From Pseudomonadota bacterium (GTDB taxonomy: Bacteria > Pseudomonadota > Gammaproteobacteria > Ga0077536): DNA of 64,000 bases. The stretch lies in assembly GCA_036339995.1 (NCBI GenBank), contig JAYYZW010000039.1, positions 35,852 to 99,851 of the forward strand, written 5' to 3'. Under the pieces are notes generated by a model. That model was not told the DNA's origin. It saw only the letters and a program-made list of their open reading frames with translations, and ran no database searches. Below, in pieces: positions 47,738 to 57,880 of this stretch. Both the position numbers and the translations under genes were made by a program. Each line of letters opens with the position of its first letter. Positions within the stretch are counted from its first letter, which is position 1.

Positions 47738-50095
47738 ATGCTCAGGATCACCGGCTACAGCGACAAGTACTCCGTCTGCCCTGGCGACGAGATCACGTTT
47801 TACGTTAATGCGGAAAAGAACGAAGACTATAACGCCGACATCGTTCGCTTGATCCACGGCGATACGAATCCGGAAGGACCGGGCTTCAAGGAAAAGCTCG
47901 TGCGCGCGCCGTGCAATAAGAAATACAAGGGCACAAACCAGAGGATCCACGGTGGATCCTACGTCTGTACCCAGCCGGATCACCGCATGGACCTGCAGAG
48001 CTTCACTTTGCAGGCTTTCATCTTTCCAACCACACCGGACAAAGGTGTGCAGGGGATCCTGACAAAGTGGGTGGGTCCGCGAAAGAGCGGCTACGGTATG
48101 TTTGTTGACGAGAAGGCTTGCCTGGCCTGCTGGATCGGCGACGGCAAGGGCAAGGTCGCGACGGTCTCGAGCGGCAAGGCGCTCATGCGCAAGGTTTGGT
48201 ATCTGGCAGCCGTGTCCTACGACTCGAAATCCGGGCGGGTGCGCGTTTATCAGCAGCCTGTCGTGACGCCGACCAACGGCGGCCTCGGCCTGTCGATGTT
48301 GCATCCCGCCTCGCAGACCGCCGCCGCAGTCACGCGTACGGCCCGGGTCAAACCGGCAAAAAACGATGCGCCGTTATTGATGGCGGCGAACACCCTGCGC
48401 GCCCGGTGCGGCCGCCACCTGCAGGGCGCGCATTACGCCGAGGCTAAGGAACCGTTTCCGCTGCCCGAGCAGGAAAACGTCTACAACGGCAAGATCGACC
48501 GCCCGCGCCTCGCTAACCGTGCCCTGGACAAGGACGAGATCGACGCTTTAGCGCGCGGTTTCGCGAGTTGCGAGTCCGAGCTGCGGGGCGCCGTCGTCGG
48601 CGCCTGGGATTTCCACGCCAACATCAGCGACAACATCGCGTCCTGCCAAATCATCGATACTTCGCCGAACAAGCTGAGCGGCTTCGCCGTCAATCTGCCG
48701 GTGCGCGCAATGACCGGCTACAACTGGACCAGCGATGAGATCGTTTTTCATCACCGGCCGGAAGAATACGGCGCCATCCATTTCCACGACGACGACATCG
48801 ACGACGCACGCTGGGCAGCGAGCTTTGCCTACACGATTCCCAAGGGTCTCAAGAGCGGCGTCTACGGTGCTCGCCTGCGCATCGCTGGCAAGAGCACGCC
48901 GGAGACGGAGGATTATGTGCCCTTCTTTGTGCGTCCGCCGCATGGTAAGACCACGGCCAAGGTCTGTCTGATCATTCCGACCAACAGCTACCTGGCCTAC
49001 TCGAACGACAACCTCGCGACCAACTCGGTCGTCGCAGAACTCCTGTCCGGACGCGTCCCGATCATGCAGGCCTCGGATCTGTATTTGAACGAGCATCGCG
49101 AGTATGGCCTGTCGACTTATTCATTGCATTCCGACGGCAGCGGCGTGTGCTATTCCACGCGCCTGCGCCCGATCCTGAACATGCGGCCCAAGTACCGCCA
49201 CTGGCTGTCGCCGTCGCTGTGGCAGCTCAATGCGGATCTGCATCTCACGGACTGGCTAGAAATGAGGGGTATCGCCTTCGACGTGCACACCGACGAAGAC
49301 CTCGATCGCGAAGGTGTGGATCTCCTGAACCGCTATCCGGTAGTCCTGACGGGCAGCCATCCCGAGTACTCCTCGGAGAACATGCTCATTGCATACGAGG
49401 CCTACCAGCAGGCCGGCGGGCGCTGGATCTATCTCGGCGCCGATGGTTTCTACTGGGTCTCTCAGTACCATCCGGACAACAGCAACATCATCGAAGTGCG
49501 CAAGGGCGAGGCGGGCACCCGCGCCTGGACCGCCAACCCGGGCGAATACCACAACGCCTTCGACGGCAAGTTCGGCGGCATGTGGCGCGCGCGCGGGCGT
49601 GTTCCAACGAAGGTCTGCGGGCTCACGTTCACCGCTTACGGCTTCGACGTGTCGACCTATTACCGCCGCGAACCCGATTCGAAGCGCAAGGAATGCGCCT
49701 GGATCTTCGAAGGCGTCAGCTATGACGAGATCATCGGCGACTTCGGCCTCGTCGGTGGCGGCGCCGCCGGTCTCGAAATCGATCGCTACGATCTCGAGTT
49801 CGGCACGCCTCACGAAGCGTTCCTCCTCGCGCGCTCGGAAGGTCATACCGATCTCATGTTGCAGGTCAACGAGGAGATCCACTTTGCCGTACGCGGCTAT
49901 TACGGCGGGGGCGATGAGAACCCGATGGTGCGTGCCGACATGATCTACTACAAGACACCGAACGACGGCGCGCTCTTCGCGCCCGGCTCACTCGCCTGGT
50001 GCGGCGCCTTGTCTCATAACAAATACCGGAACAACGTCTCGAAGATCCTGGAGAACGTCATCAGGGGTTTCATGAAAACCGGGCCGCTCCCATAG
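47738..50095 (+). CDS. N,N-dimethylformamidase large-subunit-family protein, copy 2
   Basis: 785 aa paralog of copy 1; GGAG RBS 9 nt upstream. Confidence 0.75.
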   Translation: MLRITGYSDKYSVCPGDEITFYVNAEKNEDYNADIVRLIHGDTNPEGPGFKEKLVRAPCNKKYKGTNQRIHGGSYVCTQPDHRMDLQSFTLQAFIFPTTPDKGVQGILTKWVGPRKSGYGMFVDEKACLACWIGDGKGKVATVSSGKALMRKVWYLAAVSYDSKSGRVRVYQQPVVTPTNGGLGLSMLHPASQTAAAVTRTARVKPAKNDAPLLMAANTLRARCGRHLQGAHYAEAKEPFPLPEQENVYNGKIDRPRLANRALDKDEIDALARGFASCESELRGAVVGAWDFHANISDNIASCQIIDTSPNKLSGFAVNLPVRAMTGYNWTSDEIVFHHRPEEYGAIHFHDDDIDDARWAASFAYTIPKGLKSGVYGARLRIAGKSTPETEDYVPFFVRPPHGKTTAKVCLIIPTNSYLAYSNDNLATNSVVAELLSGRVPIMQASDLYLNEHREYGLSTYSLHSDGSGVCYSTRLRPILNMRPKYRHWLSPSLWQLNADLHLTDWLEMRGIAFDVHTDEDLDREGVDLLNRYPVVLTGSHPEYSSENMLIAYEAYQQAGGRWIYLGADGFYWVSQYHPDNSNIIEVRKGEAGTRAWTANPGEYHNAFDGKFGGMWRARGRVPTKVCGLTFTAYGFDVSTYYRREPDSKRKECAWIFEGVSYDEIIGDFGLVGGGAAGLEIDRYDLEFGTPHEAFLLARSEGHTDLMLQVNEEIHFAVRGYYGGGDENPMVRADMIYYKTPNDGALFAPGSLAWCGALSHNKYRNNVSKILENVIRGFMKTGPLP

Positions 50096-50115
50096 GCGGC
50101 GATCGGCTGCTAGCG

Positions 50116-50484
50116 ATGAACAAGACCCGCGGCTCGCATATGCCGTTCATCAGGCCGCCCGTTGGCAAACACGTCGTGCCGACCCGCGACGTGCCGATGT
50201 CGGGCCTGGAGACCCGGATCCTGGAGGATCTCGATCCGGATAAATTGAGCGACCTCGCTGAGGTTCTGTTTGCCTTCAACAATTACCGGGTGGGCCCCAT
50301 GCCCGGCTTCTTCGTCGCCGTCGTAGTCACGCCGGGAAAAGAGTGGTGCGTGGGCCAGCTCTGCGCCGACCGCGCAAAGCCCCTGAAGCTTTTCGATAAA
50401 AAGATTTACAAGACGGCCACCGGCGCCCAGAAAGCGGCCGTGCGGATGCGGGCGAAAGATCTGGAAGCATTTAGGCCTGGCTGA
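50116..50484 (+). CDS. small protein B2 (122 aa)
   Basis: Paralog of B1. Confidence 0.5.
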   Translation: MNKTRGSHMPFIRPPVGKHVVPTRDVPMSGLETRILEDLDPDKLSDLAEVLFAFNNYRVGPMPGFFVAVVVTPGKEWCVGQLCADRAKPLKLFDKKIYKTATGAQKAAVRMRAKDLEAFRPG

Positions 50485-50497
50485 GAAAAATGACGCC

Positions 50498-50575
50498 AGT
50501 TCGCGCGCAAGCGCGCTCCTTCAGTTGCCTCCGATTCACACCGTGCCCCCGTAGGAGCGCGCTTGCGCGCGAACC
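50498..50575. repeat. REP-like intergenic palindromic element, copy 3
   Basis: AGTTCGCGCGCAAGCGCGCTCCT ...(30 nt)... GTAGGAGCGCGCTTGCGCGCGAACC, arms nearly perfectly complementary; between convergent genes. Confidence 0.7.
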
Positions 50576-50587
50576 ATATTCTTCGCG

Positions 50588-51418
50588 TCAATCATTTGCC
50601 CCTATCGCCAGCTCTTCGAGCACCGAATCGATCACCGATTGCGTCTGCGCGGCCGCTCCCGAATCGTAAGTTGTGGGCTCCGAGTGGTTATCGAACCAGT
50701 GGCCGGCATTCCGCAGTGATACGAACTCGACGTCAGCGCCGGCGGTAGCAAGGGCTTCAGCACGCGCCCGGCACTCGCGTGGATCCGTGATGACGTCCGC
50801 CGTGCCGTGAAAGATGACGGTTTTGACCGACTGCGGAAATCCATCTTCGCCTGTCAACGAACCGAAGCCGCAGTACGGGTAGAAAAAAAACGCGGCGACA
50901 ATATTTGAGAGTTCTAAATCGGGCATCGTCGACAGGTTCGGCGGCGTCCTAGCGGTTTCGGCGAGGGTCATGAAGTCCATGCCGCTCCAGCCGCCATGCG
51001 ACCAGCCCATCAGCACCGTCTGGTCCGCCTGCACCTCAGGGCGCGCCCAGATCTCCGCGAGCACCGCCATGAGATCCCCGGCGCGTTCGAATCCGGGTAT
51101 CTGCCGCCCGGTGCATATCTCTCGTTCCATGACCGCACGATCGCCGAAGCCGCGCGCGCCGAAACTGTCGACGTGGAGAACGGCGAACCCGCGACTCAAA
51201 AGCTCGTCGCGCCATCGATCGTGATGCGGGTGCCATCCTAGACACCCCGGCATCAGGATCGCCAACGGATGCGGAGCTGCCGTTTCAGGCATCGACAATT
51301 CCACATGCGGGGCGAGCGCCGCGGCCCGTTCATCAGGGGTATCGGCCGCCCAGGCCGTCGAACTAATGGCGATTAGCGTAACCAAGCTCGCAATGGTTTT
51401 TCGCATAAAAGCTCCCAC
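50588..51418 (-). CDS. secreted alpha/beta hydrolase (dienelactone-hydrolase-like)
   Basis: Signal peptide MRKTIASLVTLIAISSTAWA; nucleophile elbow GWSHGG; start probably second ATG (51406). Confidence 0.7.
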   Translation of the reverse strand: MGAFMRKTIASLVTLIAISSTAWAADTPDERAAALAPHVELSMPETAAPHPLAILMPGCLGWHPHHDRWRDELLSRGFAVLHVDSFGARGFGDRAVMEREICTGRQIPGFERAGDLMAVLAEIWARPEVQADQTVLMGWSHGGWSGMDFMTLAETARTPPNLSTMPDLELSNIVAAFFFYPYCGFGSLTGEDGFPQSVKTVIFHGTADVITDPRECRARAEALATAGADVEFVSLRNAGHWFDNHSEPTTYDSGAAAQTQSVIDSVLEELAIGAND

Positions 51419-51511
51419 TATTTAGGCTGAGTTCGCGCGCCGTCCCTTATTGATCTACATGGAGATTGGCTTACACTGCGCAAAGTAACGTAAATCATCA
51501 AGGATCTATCC

Positions 51512-52438
51512 ATGCCGCTCACCGACGAGCTTCGCTCCCGTCTCGATTCGACCATCGCGTCGAACAAAATCGTGCTCTTCATGAAGGGCACCCCGCAGCA
51601 GCCGCAATGCGGCTTCTCGGCCACCGTCATCGGCATTCTGAACAATGTGGCGCCCGATTACGATACGGTCGACGTCCTGGCGGATCCGGAGCTCAGGGAG
51701 GGCATCAAGGAGTATTCGCAATGGCCGACGATACCGCAGCTCTACGTGGACCAGGAATTCGTCGGCGGCTGCGACGTCATTCAGCAGATGTACACGACCG
51801 GCCAGTTGCACGAAGCGCTGGGCGTGGAACCGGTCGAACTCGTCACGCCGAAGATCACCATCAGCGACACCGCGGCGAGGGCGATCCGCAACGTGACGGT
51901 CGAGACGCCGGGCGTGCCGGTACACCTCAGTGTCGACGCCGACTGGAATCATGAATTCAGTCTCGCCCCCGCGAAAGGCCACGAGGTCGGCGTTACCGCG
52001 AATGGCATTGAACTCCTGCTGGACGTCGACTCCGCGCGGCGCGCCGACGGACTCGTGATCGACATGACGGAAACGCCGCAGGGCATGAGCATGAGCATCA
52101 AAAACCCGAATGCACCGGCACCCGCCGCGCAGATGTTGGTCGAGGAGCTCAAGGCGAAGATGGACACGGGCGAATCCCTGTACCTATTCGACGTGCGTGA
52201 AACCGACGAACGCGAACGCGCCATGATCGAAGGCTCACGTCTGCTGGACGAAAAGGCGGCGAAATTCATCGATTCACTGGCGAAGGATGCGCTGCTCGTC
52301 TTCCACTGCCATACCGGTGTGCGCAGCCAGTCCGCGGCCGATTTTTTCAGCCGCAACGGTTACAGCAACGCGCATAACCTCGCGGGCGGCATCGACGCCT
52401 GGTCGCAGAAGATCGATTCCGGCGTACCGCGCTATTGA
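51512..52438 (+). CDS. three-domain fusion: monothiol (CGFS) glutaredoxin – HesB/IscA-like domain lacking cysteines – rhodanese
   Basis: 308 aa; Grx4 motif KGTPQQPQCGFS, middle ITISDTAARAIRN...GVPVHLSVD...LVIDM with IscA-like spacing but no Cys, C-terminal rhodanese active-site loop CHTGVRS. Confidence 0.75.
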   Translation: MPLTDELRSRLDSTIASNKIVLFMKGTPQQPQCGFSATVIGILNNVAPDYDTVDVLADPELREGIKEYSQWPTIPQLYVDQEFVGGCDVIQQMYTTGQLHEALGVEPVELVTPKITISDTAARAIRNVTVETPGVPVHLSVDADWNHEFSLAPAKGHEVGVTANGIELLLDVDSARRADGLVIDMTETPQGMSMSIKNPNAPAPAAQMLVEELKAKMDTGESLYLFDVRETDERERAMIEGSRLLDEKAAKFIDSLAKDALLVFHCHTGVRSQSAADFFSRNGYSNAHNLAGGIDAWSQKIDSGVPRY

Positions 52439-52486
52439 TCGACCGGGCGAGGGGTTTGAGTCATTTGATTCTGGCCCCCGAAATTC

Positions 52487-53353
52487 ATGCTTTACCGCCA
52501 GTTTACGAAGCAGGATGAGATCGATGATCAATACAACGTCGAGCTCATCGTCGGGGGCATCAAGCCTCATATCGACTTCTTCGTCAGCCAGAGCGCGCGA
52601 GCACGCGACGAACTCGAATGCCTGCTCGATGTGCCGTTCGGGCCGACCGTGGAAGAAATGCTCGATATCTTTCCGGCGAAGGATCCCGACGCGCCGATCC
52701 TCGTATTCGTGCACGGCGGTTACTGGCGGCGCCTGAGTTCAAAAGAGTTCAGCCTCGCGGCGCTCGGTCCGGTTGCACGCGGGATCACCGTCATCGTGAC
52801 CAACTATGCGCTGTGTCCCAAGGTCACGATCCCCGAGATCACACGTCAGACCCGCGCGGCCGTCGCCTGGCTGGCGCGCACCGAGCTCGAATTTGCCGGC
52901 AGCCGTGAGCGCATCTACGTCTCCGGCCATTCCGCCGGCGGCCACCAGGTCGCGCGGCTGTTGAGCACCGACTGGGCGGGCGACTACGGACTGCCGGACG
53001 ACGTGATCAAGGGCGGGTACTCGATCAGCGGTCTGTTCGACTTGGGTCCACTGCGCTATTCGTGGCTGCAGCCAATGCTGCAATTAAACGATGACGTCAT
53101 CCGGCGCGAAAGCCCACTGTTCGATATACCGAAAGCCGCACCGCCCCTGATCACGGATGTCGGCGGCGCCGAGTCCGACGAATTTCACCGGCAATCCGCC
53201 GACTACATGCAAGCCTGGCAGTCGGCGGGGTTAGCGGGCTCGTATCGCGAGCAGGCCGGCAAGAATCACTTCACAGCCATTCGGGGCTTGAGCGAGGCCG
53301 ACAGCGAGCTATGCAACGCCATCGGTGATTTCATCGTGAGTTGCGAAAAATGA
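52487..53353 (+). CDS. alpha/beta hydrolase, HSL/arylformamidase-like esterase
   Basis: 288 aa; oxyanion HGG motif (VFVHGGYW) and GHSAGG nucleophile elbow. Confidence 0.8.
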   Translation: MLYRQFTKQDEIDDQYNVELIVGGIKPHIDFFVSQSARARDELECLLDVPFGPTVEEMLDIFPAKDPDAPILVFVHGGYWRRLSSKEFSLAALGPVARGITVIVTNYALCPKVTIPEITRQTRAAVAWLARTELEFAGSRERIYVSGHSAGGHQVARLLSTDWAGDYGLPDDVIKGGYSISGLFDLGPLRYSWLQPMLQLNDDVIRRESPLFDIPKAAPPLITDVGGAESDEFHRQSADYMQAWQSAGLAGSYREQAGKNHFTAIRGLSEADSELCNAIGDFIVSCEK

Positions 53354-53359
53354 TCCGAT

Positions 53360-54508
53360 TTATTCTGTAGCGCCGGTATCGCGTTCGAACCGCGCCATGC
53401 GATCGCCCGCAAACGACCCCAGGAAGATCGTTGTGCCAACCTCGACCGCCACGGTTGCGCCCGCCATGGGTGGGCCCGCGCCTTCAAACAAGGTTTTCGT
53501 CAAACCATTGCGCGGATCGACCGACAGGATCGCAAACGCCAGCGGGCAGATCTGAACGCCTGGCTCGTTGCAGGCGAACACTGCTTCGAGATTCTCCCGA
53601 TGGGACGCCACCAGCAACTTTCCCGCTGCGGTCCAGCTCGAGTTGTCGGGTGCATCGACCTCGATATCCCACAAGCGTTCGCCGCTGGCACGATCGACCG
53701 CGGCCACGCGATCGCCAAAGTAATAATTGAGGTAAAGCGTCCCGCCGTCCGCCGAGACTTCGATCCCGTTGGGCAGCCCGCCGTCGGTCCCCGCGAGGCG
53801 GTTCCAGCCGGAACCTGCGTGCCATTCCAGCGCGTAGCCGGTGTCCTTGCGCGAAATCTCGGCTTCATTGATGGCCTCCTCGGAGGAACCGCGCGGCATC
53901 ATATGCGTAATCGCGAGACCCCCGCCGGGCAGCCCGACCACGTCGTTCACCCATACGCTCTCGGGCACCGTGACGCAGCCGCGCCATATAAGTGACGGCG
54001 TACCGTCATCCGTCAGCTCGAGTTCGAACAGTTCGACGGCCTCGCGTCCGCCGTGATTGACAACGAAGACCCGATCGAGTCCGCCGGTTTCAGAATGATG
54101 AATGCCGTGCGGTGATAACTGCTCACCCGGCGGTCCAGGGCATGCCTCATCACCCCAGCGCGGATCGTCCACATCGGCGCCCGCCTTCGGATACAGAGTT
54201 TTGGTGGTTCCATCCGCGATCTGGAAAAGGGTGAGCCTGCCCGGCCGTGCGCCGTCGAGTGATCCGTATTCGCTCACCAGAAGCGTCTTACCACCCGGCA
54301 ACACCTCGATGTCTTCCGGGCGTTGAAACCTACAGATCGGCATCAAGCCGTTTCCCGCGCTGCACGCATCGGACTGAGCCTCGCTGGCCAGGATTGATCC
54401 TGAACAGACCGCTCCGCACAAAACCAATGGCGCCCCGCAGATCGTCCCGAGTCGCCGTCCCGACCAGCCGCGATCTACACGCGCGATCAACCGTCGGCCG
54501 ATAGCCAC
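53360..54508 (-). CDS. SMP-30/gluconolactonase/arylesterase-like beta-propeller protein (secreted?)
   Basis: 382 aa; hydrophobic N-terminal segment, repeated beta-strand-rich blocks; fold call tentative. Confidence 0.45.
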   Translation of the reverse strand: MAIGRRLIARVDRGWSGRRLGTICGAPLVLCGAVCSGSILASEAQSDACSAGNGLMPICRFQRPEDIEVLPGGKTLLVSEYGSLDGARPGRLTLFQIADGTTKTLYPKAGADVDDPRWGDEACPGPPGEQLSPHGIHHSETGGLDRVFVVNHGGREAVELFELELTDDGTPSLIWRGCVTVPESVWVNDVVGLPGGGLAITHMMPRGSSEEAINEAEISRKDTGYALEWHAGSGWNRLAGTDGGLPNGIEVSADGGTLYLNYYFGDRVAAVDRASGERLWDIEVDAPDNSSWTAAGKLLVASHRENLEAVFACNEPGVQICPLAFAILSVDPRNGLTKTLFEGAGPPMAGATVAVEVGTTIFLGSFAGDRMARFERDTGATE

Positions 54509-55372
54509 TCAGTGTCCGCCCTCGAGGAAGAACTCGATGAACGCCGAGCGATACCCGTCGTGGCGCCAGGTAATGGGAAAAAACGATTCATCCATATCCG
54601 TTTCACCAAAGCGTTTGTAGCGTCCGTAAATCGGCCCGACCCGCGTTGGGTGAAATCGGGATGCGGCCGGCATACAGTGAGTAACGAGCGACCGTCGTCG
54701 TCCCGTCGACCGATTTTTTCCGGATCCGTGCCAGATCCATCCGTGGTGAAACACGGCGTCGCCGGCCTCAACTTCGATCGCGATCCTTTCAGGCTCGTCG
54801 ATGTTCGCGACTTTCGCTGCCGCTCGCACATCCTCGAACGGATCTTCGGGTGCGTGGAATCCCACGTTCCTGGGCCCGCGGCCCCACCGGTGAGAACCGC
54901 GCACGTACTCGACCGTGCCACCCTCGGCAGTGGTCTTATCGAGCGCGATCCAACAACTGATCATCTCGCCGGGCACGACCCAGTCCTGGTAGGCCGAGTC
55001 CTGGTGAAAGCCAATAGCGCGGGCGCCTGGCGGTTTCCAGAACACGTTGTCCTGATTGAGGCGCGTGCCGCTCCAATCGCCAAGTCGTGCGCAGACGCGG
55101 CCGATGTCTTCACGAAGGACCACCGCGGCAATGCAGCGATCGGCTTTCCAGGCGTTGCAGATCTGCCGCGTCAACGAGGGGTCGTCGCGTCCCGCCTGCC
55201 AGTTGACCTCGTCGGGCATGAGACAGGTCTCGAATTCGCCGCGAAACAGGCGTTCGTAACGTTCGTGCAGGGGAGGAATAAGCGCTACGTTCAAAACGTT
55301 CTTCACGACCACGTAGCCGTCATCGTCGAAAGAGCCGCGTTGCGCGTCAGTTAATTCAAGCACGGCCAACAC
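54509..55372 (-). CDS. phytanoyl-CoA dioxygenase (PhyH)-family Fe(II)/2OG oxygenase
   Basis: 287 aa; HxD...H facial triad context (GFHQDSAY ... FHHGWIWHGSGKN). Confidence 0.85.
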   Translation of the reverse strand: MLAVLELTDAQRGSFDDDGYVVVKNVLNVALIPPLHERYERLFRGEFETCLMPDEVNWQAGRDDPSLTRQICNAWKADRCIAAVVLREDIGRVCARLGDWSGTRLNQDNVFWKPPGARAIGFHQDSAYQDWVVPGEMISCWIALDKTTAEGGTVEYVRGSHRWGRGPRNVGFHAPEDPFEDVRAAAKVANIDEPERIAIEVEAGDAVFHHGWIWHGSGKNRSTGRRRSLVTHCMPAASRFHPTRVGPIYGRYKRFGETDMDESFFPITWRHDGYRSAFIEFFLEGGH

Positions 55373-55614
55373 CGGTTCCGTTTTAATCGGGACTGCAGCA
55401 TAGTGTTATCGTCCGATTGCGGTGGTCCGTGGCTCGAATCGAGATGGAAAAGTGGCATCGATGGTCGTACTTTGCAAAAAAACGTGACGCGAAAATATGC
55501 GCATTGCAGTCTACATCATCGACATGGACTGGGATTTTGACGCACTGCTTATGCGCCAATGCGGCGATCCCGACCTCATGCCGCCCGCACGGCGCAACGG
55601 GCCGGAGCACGAAC

Positions 55615-56019
55615 GTGAAGGTTGAAACGGCGCCGGGCGGCTGTCTTTGCGGTGCGGTACGTTTCACCGTGACCGGGCCGCTCCGCGAGATCGTTTTTTG
55701 CCACTGTCGGCAATGCCGTCGCCAACAGGGCAGATTCGCGGCCTACACGGCAGCGCCGCGTGAAGCCATTGCCCTCGAAGATGATCGCGGTCTGGTTTGG
55801 TTTGCATCCTCGGAGTCGGTCAGGCACGAATTCTGTCAACGGTGCGGCAGCAGTCTGTTCTGGGATCGGCTCTCCTGGGACTTACTCTGCGTCGCTGCAG
55901 GCGCGCTGGACGATGCTGCCCTTCTACGTCCCGGATGCCACATTCACGTCGACTCGAAGGCAGATTATTACGACATCGACGATGGACTCGATCGGTATCC
56001 AGGCAGTAGGTGCAGGTAA
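55615..56019 (+). CDS. GFA-family (CENP-V/glutathione-dependent formaldehyde-activating) zinc protein, GTG start inferred
   Basis: Cys clusters GGCLCGAVRF ... CHCRQCRR; upstream 66 codons of the ATG-ORF are non-homologous, GTG at 55615 gives a typical about 135-aa protein. Confidence 0.6.
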   Translation: MKVETAPGGCLCGAVRFTVTGPLREIVFCHCRQCRRQQGRFAAYTAAPREAIALEDDRGLVWFASSESVRHEFCQRCGSSLFWDRLSWDLLCVAAGALDDAALLRPGCHIHVDSKADYYDIDDGLDRYPGSRCR

Positions 56020-56295
56020 CGCACGAATGCCACGCTTCGACACCGACGGTATTCATACGCCCGCTGGTACCCGCGTCCCCAATGCTCACCACCACCACTA
56101 CCCTTGCCATACGAGAAAGGGAGTTCGGGTGCCGGAATTGATTTATTTGACTAAACGCGCGGGAGAAATCGCGTGAGCGCATAATATACGGGATCAATCA
56201 TGCAGCGGAGACATAACAAGGCAAATGCACGCGGACGGTGAAAAGCGCCGTTCGCCGTCGCTCGCTCTGTTTTTTCCTGCTGGTGATTTGCGGCG

Positions 56296-57636
56296 CTAGG
56301 CGTCGCGGTCAACTCTCGAGAAGTATTCAACGCTAGCAGACAACACCCGTGGTGCCAGCAAAACCGTCGCGATTAGATTGGGAATGACCATCAGCGCAAA
56401 CGCGGTGTCCACCATATTGACCGTCGTCGCGGGATTCCAAACCGCCGCCAGTGGAATCAACACGAGATAGAAATACACGAAGTGAGCGCCGCGCTCGTGT
56501 CCGAAAAGATAACGCGCGCACTTGATGCTGTAATAGGCGTAAGTAATCATCGTCGTCACCGCGAACAAAGTGAAGATGACGCCGAGCACGGCGGCGCCAA
56601 AACCGGGCATGCTGCTTTCGAACGCCTGCGCGGTCATGACGACACCGGCCTCATGGGGCGCCACGCCGCTGGTCAGAATTACGAGTGCGGTCAGCGTGCA
56701 GATCACGTGGGTGTCGATGAAGGGCCCCAGCATCGCGATCAGTCCTTCGCGTACGGGTTCATTCGTGCGCGCTGCGCCGTGCGCCATCGCTTCGGTCCCC
56801 ACGCCGGCTTCGTTCGAGAAGACCGCACGCTTGACGCCGGTGACGAGGATCTCTTTGACGGTGAGACCGGCTGCGCCGCCAAGGGCCGAGTCGGCATCGA
56901 AGGCGCCCGCGACAATAGCGGTGAGCACGGCGGGAACCTGCGACGCATGGTCCAGGATAACGATGACAGCGCCGAGCAAGTAAGCGACGCACATCATCGG
57001 CACCAGCAGGCCCGCGACGCGACCGACACGGACCGCGCCGCCGATGACGACCACGCCGACGATGAGCATCGCGAGGAGTCCGGTCGCAAGGTGCGTGATC
57101 GACCATTGTGCCGCCAGCAAGTTGGCGAGCTGATTCGATTGAAAGACGCCGAGGCAGCCGACCATACCGAAGGCGGCAAACGCCAAGGCGAGCGGCCGGT
57201 AGCGCCGCCCGAGCCCGACTTCAATGTAATACATCGGGCCGCCCTGCATTACGCCCAGGGCATCGGGCTTGCGGTACATGCAGGACAGGGTGCAGGTGAA
57301 GAACTTGGTCGCCATGCCGAGCGCGCCCGCGACCCACATCCAGAACACGGCACCGGAACCGCCCATGGTGATCGCGATGGCAACGCCGGCGATGTTGCCC
57401 ATGCCAATGGTGCCGGACAGGGCCGCGCTCAGCGCTCGGAAATGGCTGATCTCGCCGGGGTCCCGAGCCCGATCGTAGCGCCCGGACAGGATGGCGAACG
57501 CATGACCCATGTGTCGCAACGGTACGAGACGGCTGATGACCGTGAAATAAAGGCCGGCCGAACCCAGCATTACGACCAGCGGCAGGCCCCATACGAGGCC
57601 GACCGCCTGGTTCCAGAACGCACTGAACGCTTCCAT
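56296..57636 (-). CDS. sodium:alanine (amino acid:cation) symporter, AGCS family
   Basis: Start MEAFSAFWNQAVG; AGCS-family signature GSGAVFWMWV..G, about 11 TM helices. Confidence 0.85.
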   Translation of the reverse strand: MEAFSAFWNQAVGLVWGLPLVVMLGSAGLYFTVISRLVPLRHMGHAFAILSGRYDRARDPGEISHFRALSAALSGTIGMGNIAGVAIAITMGGSGAVFWMWVAGALGMATKFFTCTLSCMYRKPDALGVMQGGPMYYIEVGLGRRYRPLALAFAAFGMVGCLGVFQSNQLANLLAAQWSITHLATGLLAMLIVGVVVIGGAVRVGRVAGLLVPMMCVAYLLGAVIVILDHASQVPAVLTAIVAGAFDADSALGGAAGLTVKEILVTGVKRAVFSNEAGVGTEAMAHGAARTNEPVREGLIAMLGPFIDTHVICTLTALVILTSGVAPHEAGVVMTAQAFESSMPGFGAAVLGVIFTLFAVTTMITYAYYSIKCARYLFGHERGAHFVYFYLVLIPLAAVWNPATTVNMVDTAFALMVIPNLIATVLLAPRVLSASVEYFSRVDRDA

Positions 57637-57880
57637 CGAGGCTCGCTGAAAAAGAGGACATTCTACTTTTAAGCGGTCGTGGCCCAAGGGGAGCCGCCCC
57701 GAACCAAGGATCCTTTGCCAGCCCGTAGGCATACGCCAGGACGCTTGACGCCGGCGGTTTTAGAGTTGTACCGTATTCAACAAAGATTCATGATATGAAA
57801 CTTCCGTCAGGCTGCATCCGCGCTCCACAAAGCGAATCGGGCGCATCGGCCCGCGACTCGGCGCGTGGAGGGTTAAAGAC

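Noticed and set aside
56020..56295. 13-aa Arg/Lys-rich micro-ORF (MQRRHNKANARGR) in the gap after the GFA-family gene
   Set aside because: No RBS or conservation evidence; too short to support from sequence alone.
56482..57672. 396-aa plus-strand ORF antisense to the AGCS transporter
   Set aside because: Arg/His/Asp-rich shadow ORF; the minus-strand gene is a clear polytopic transporter.
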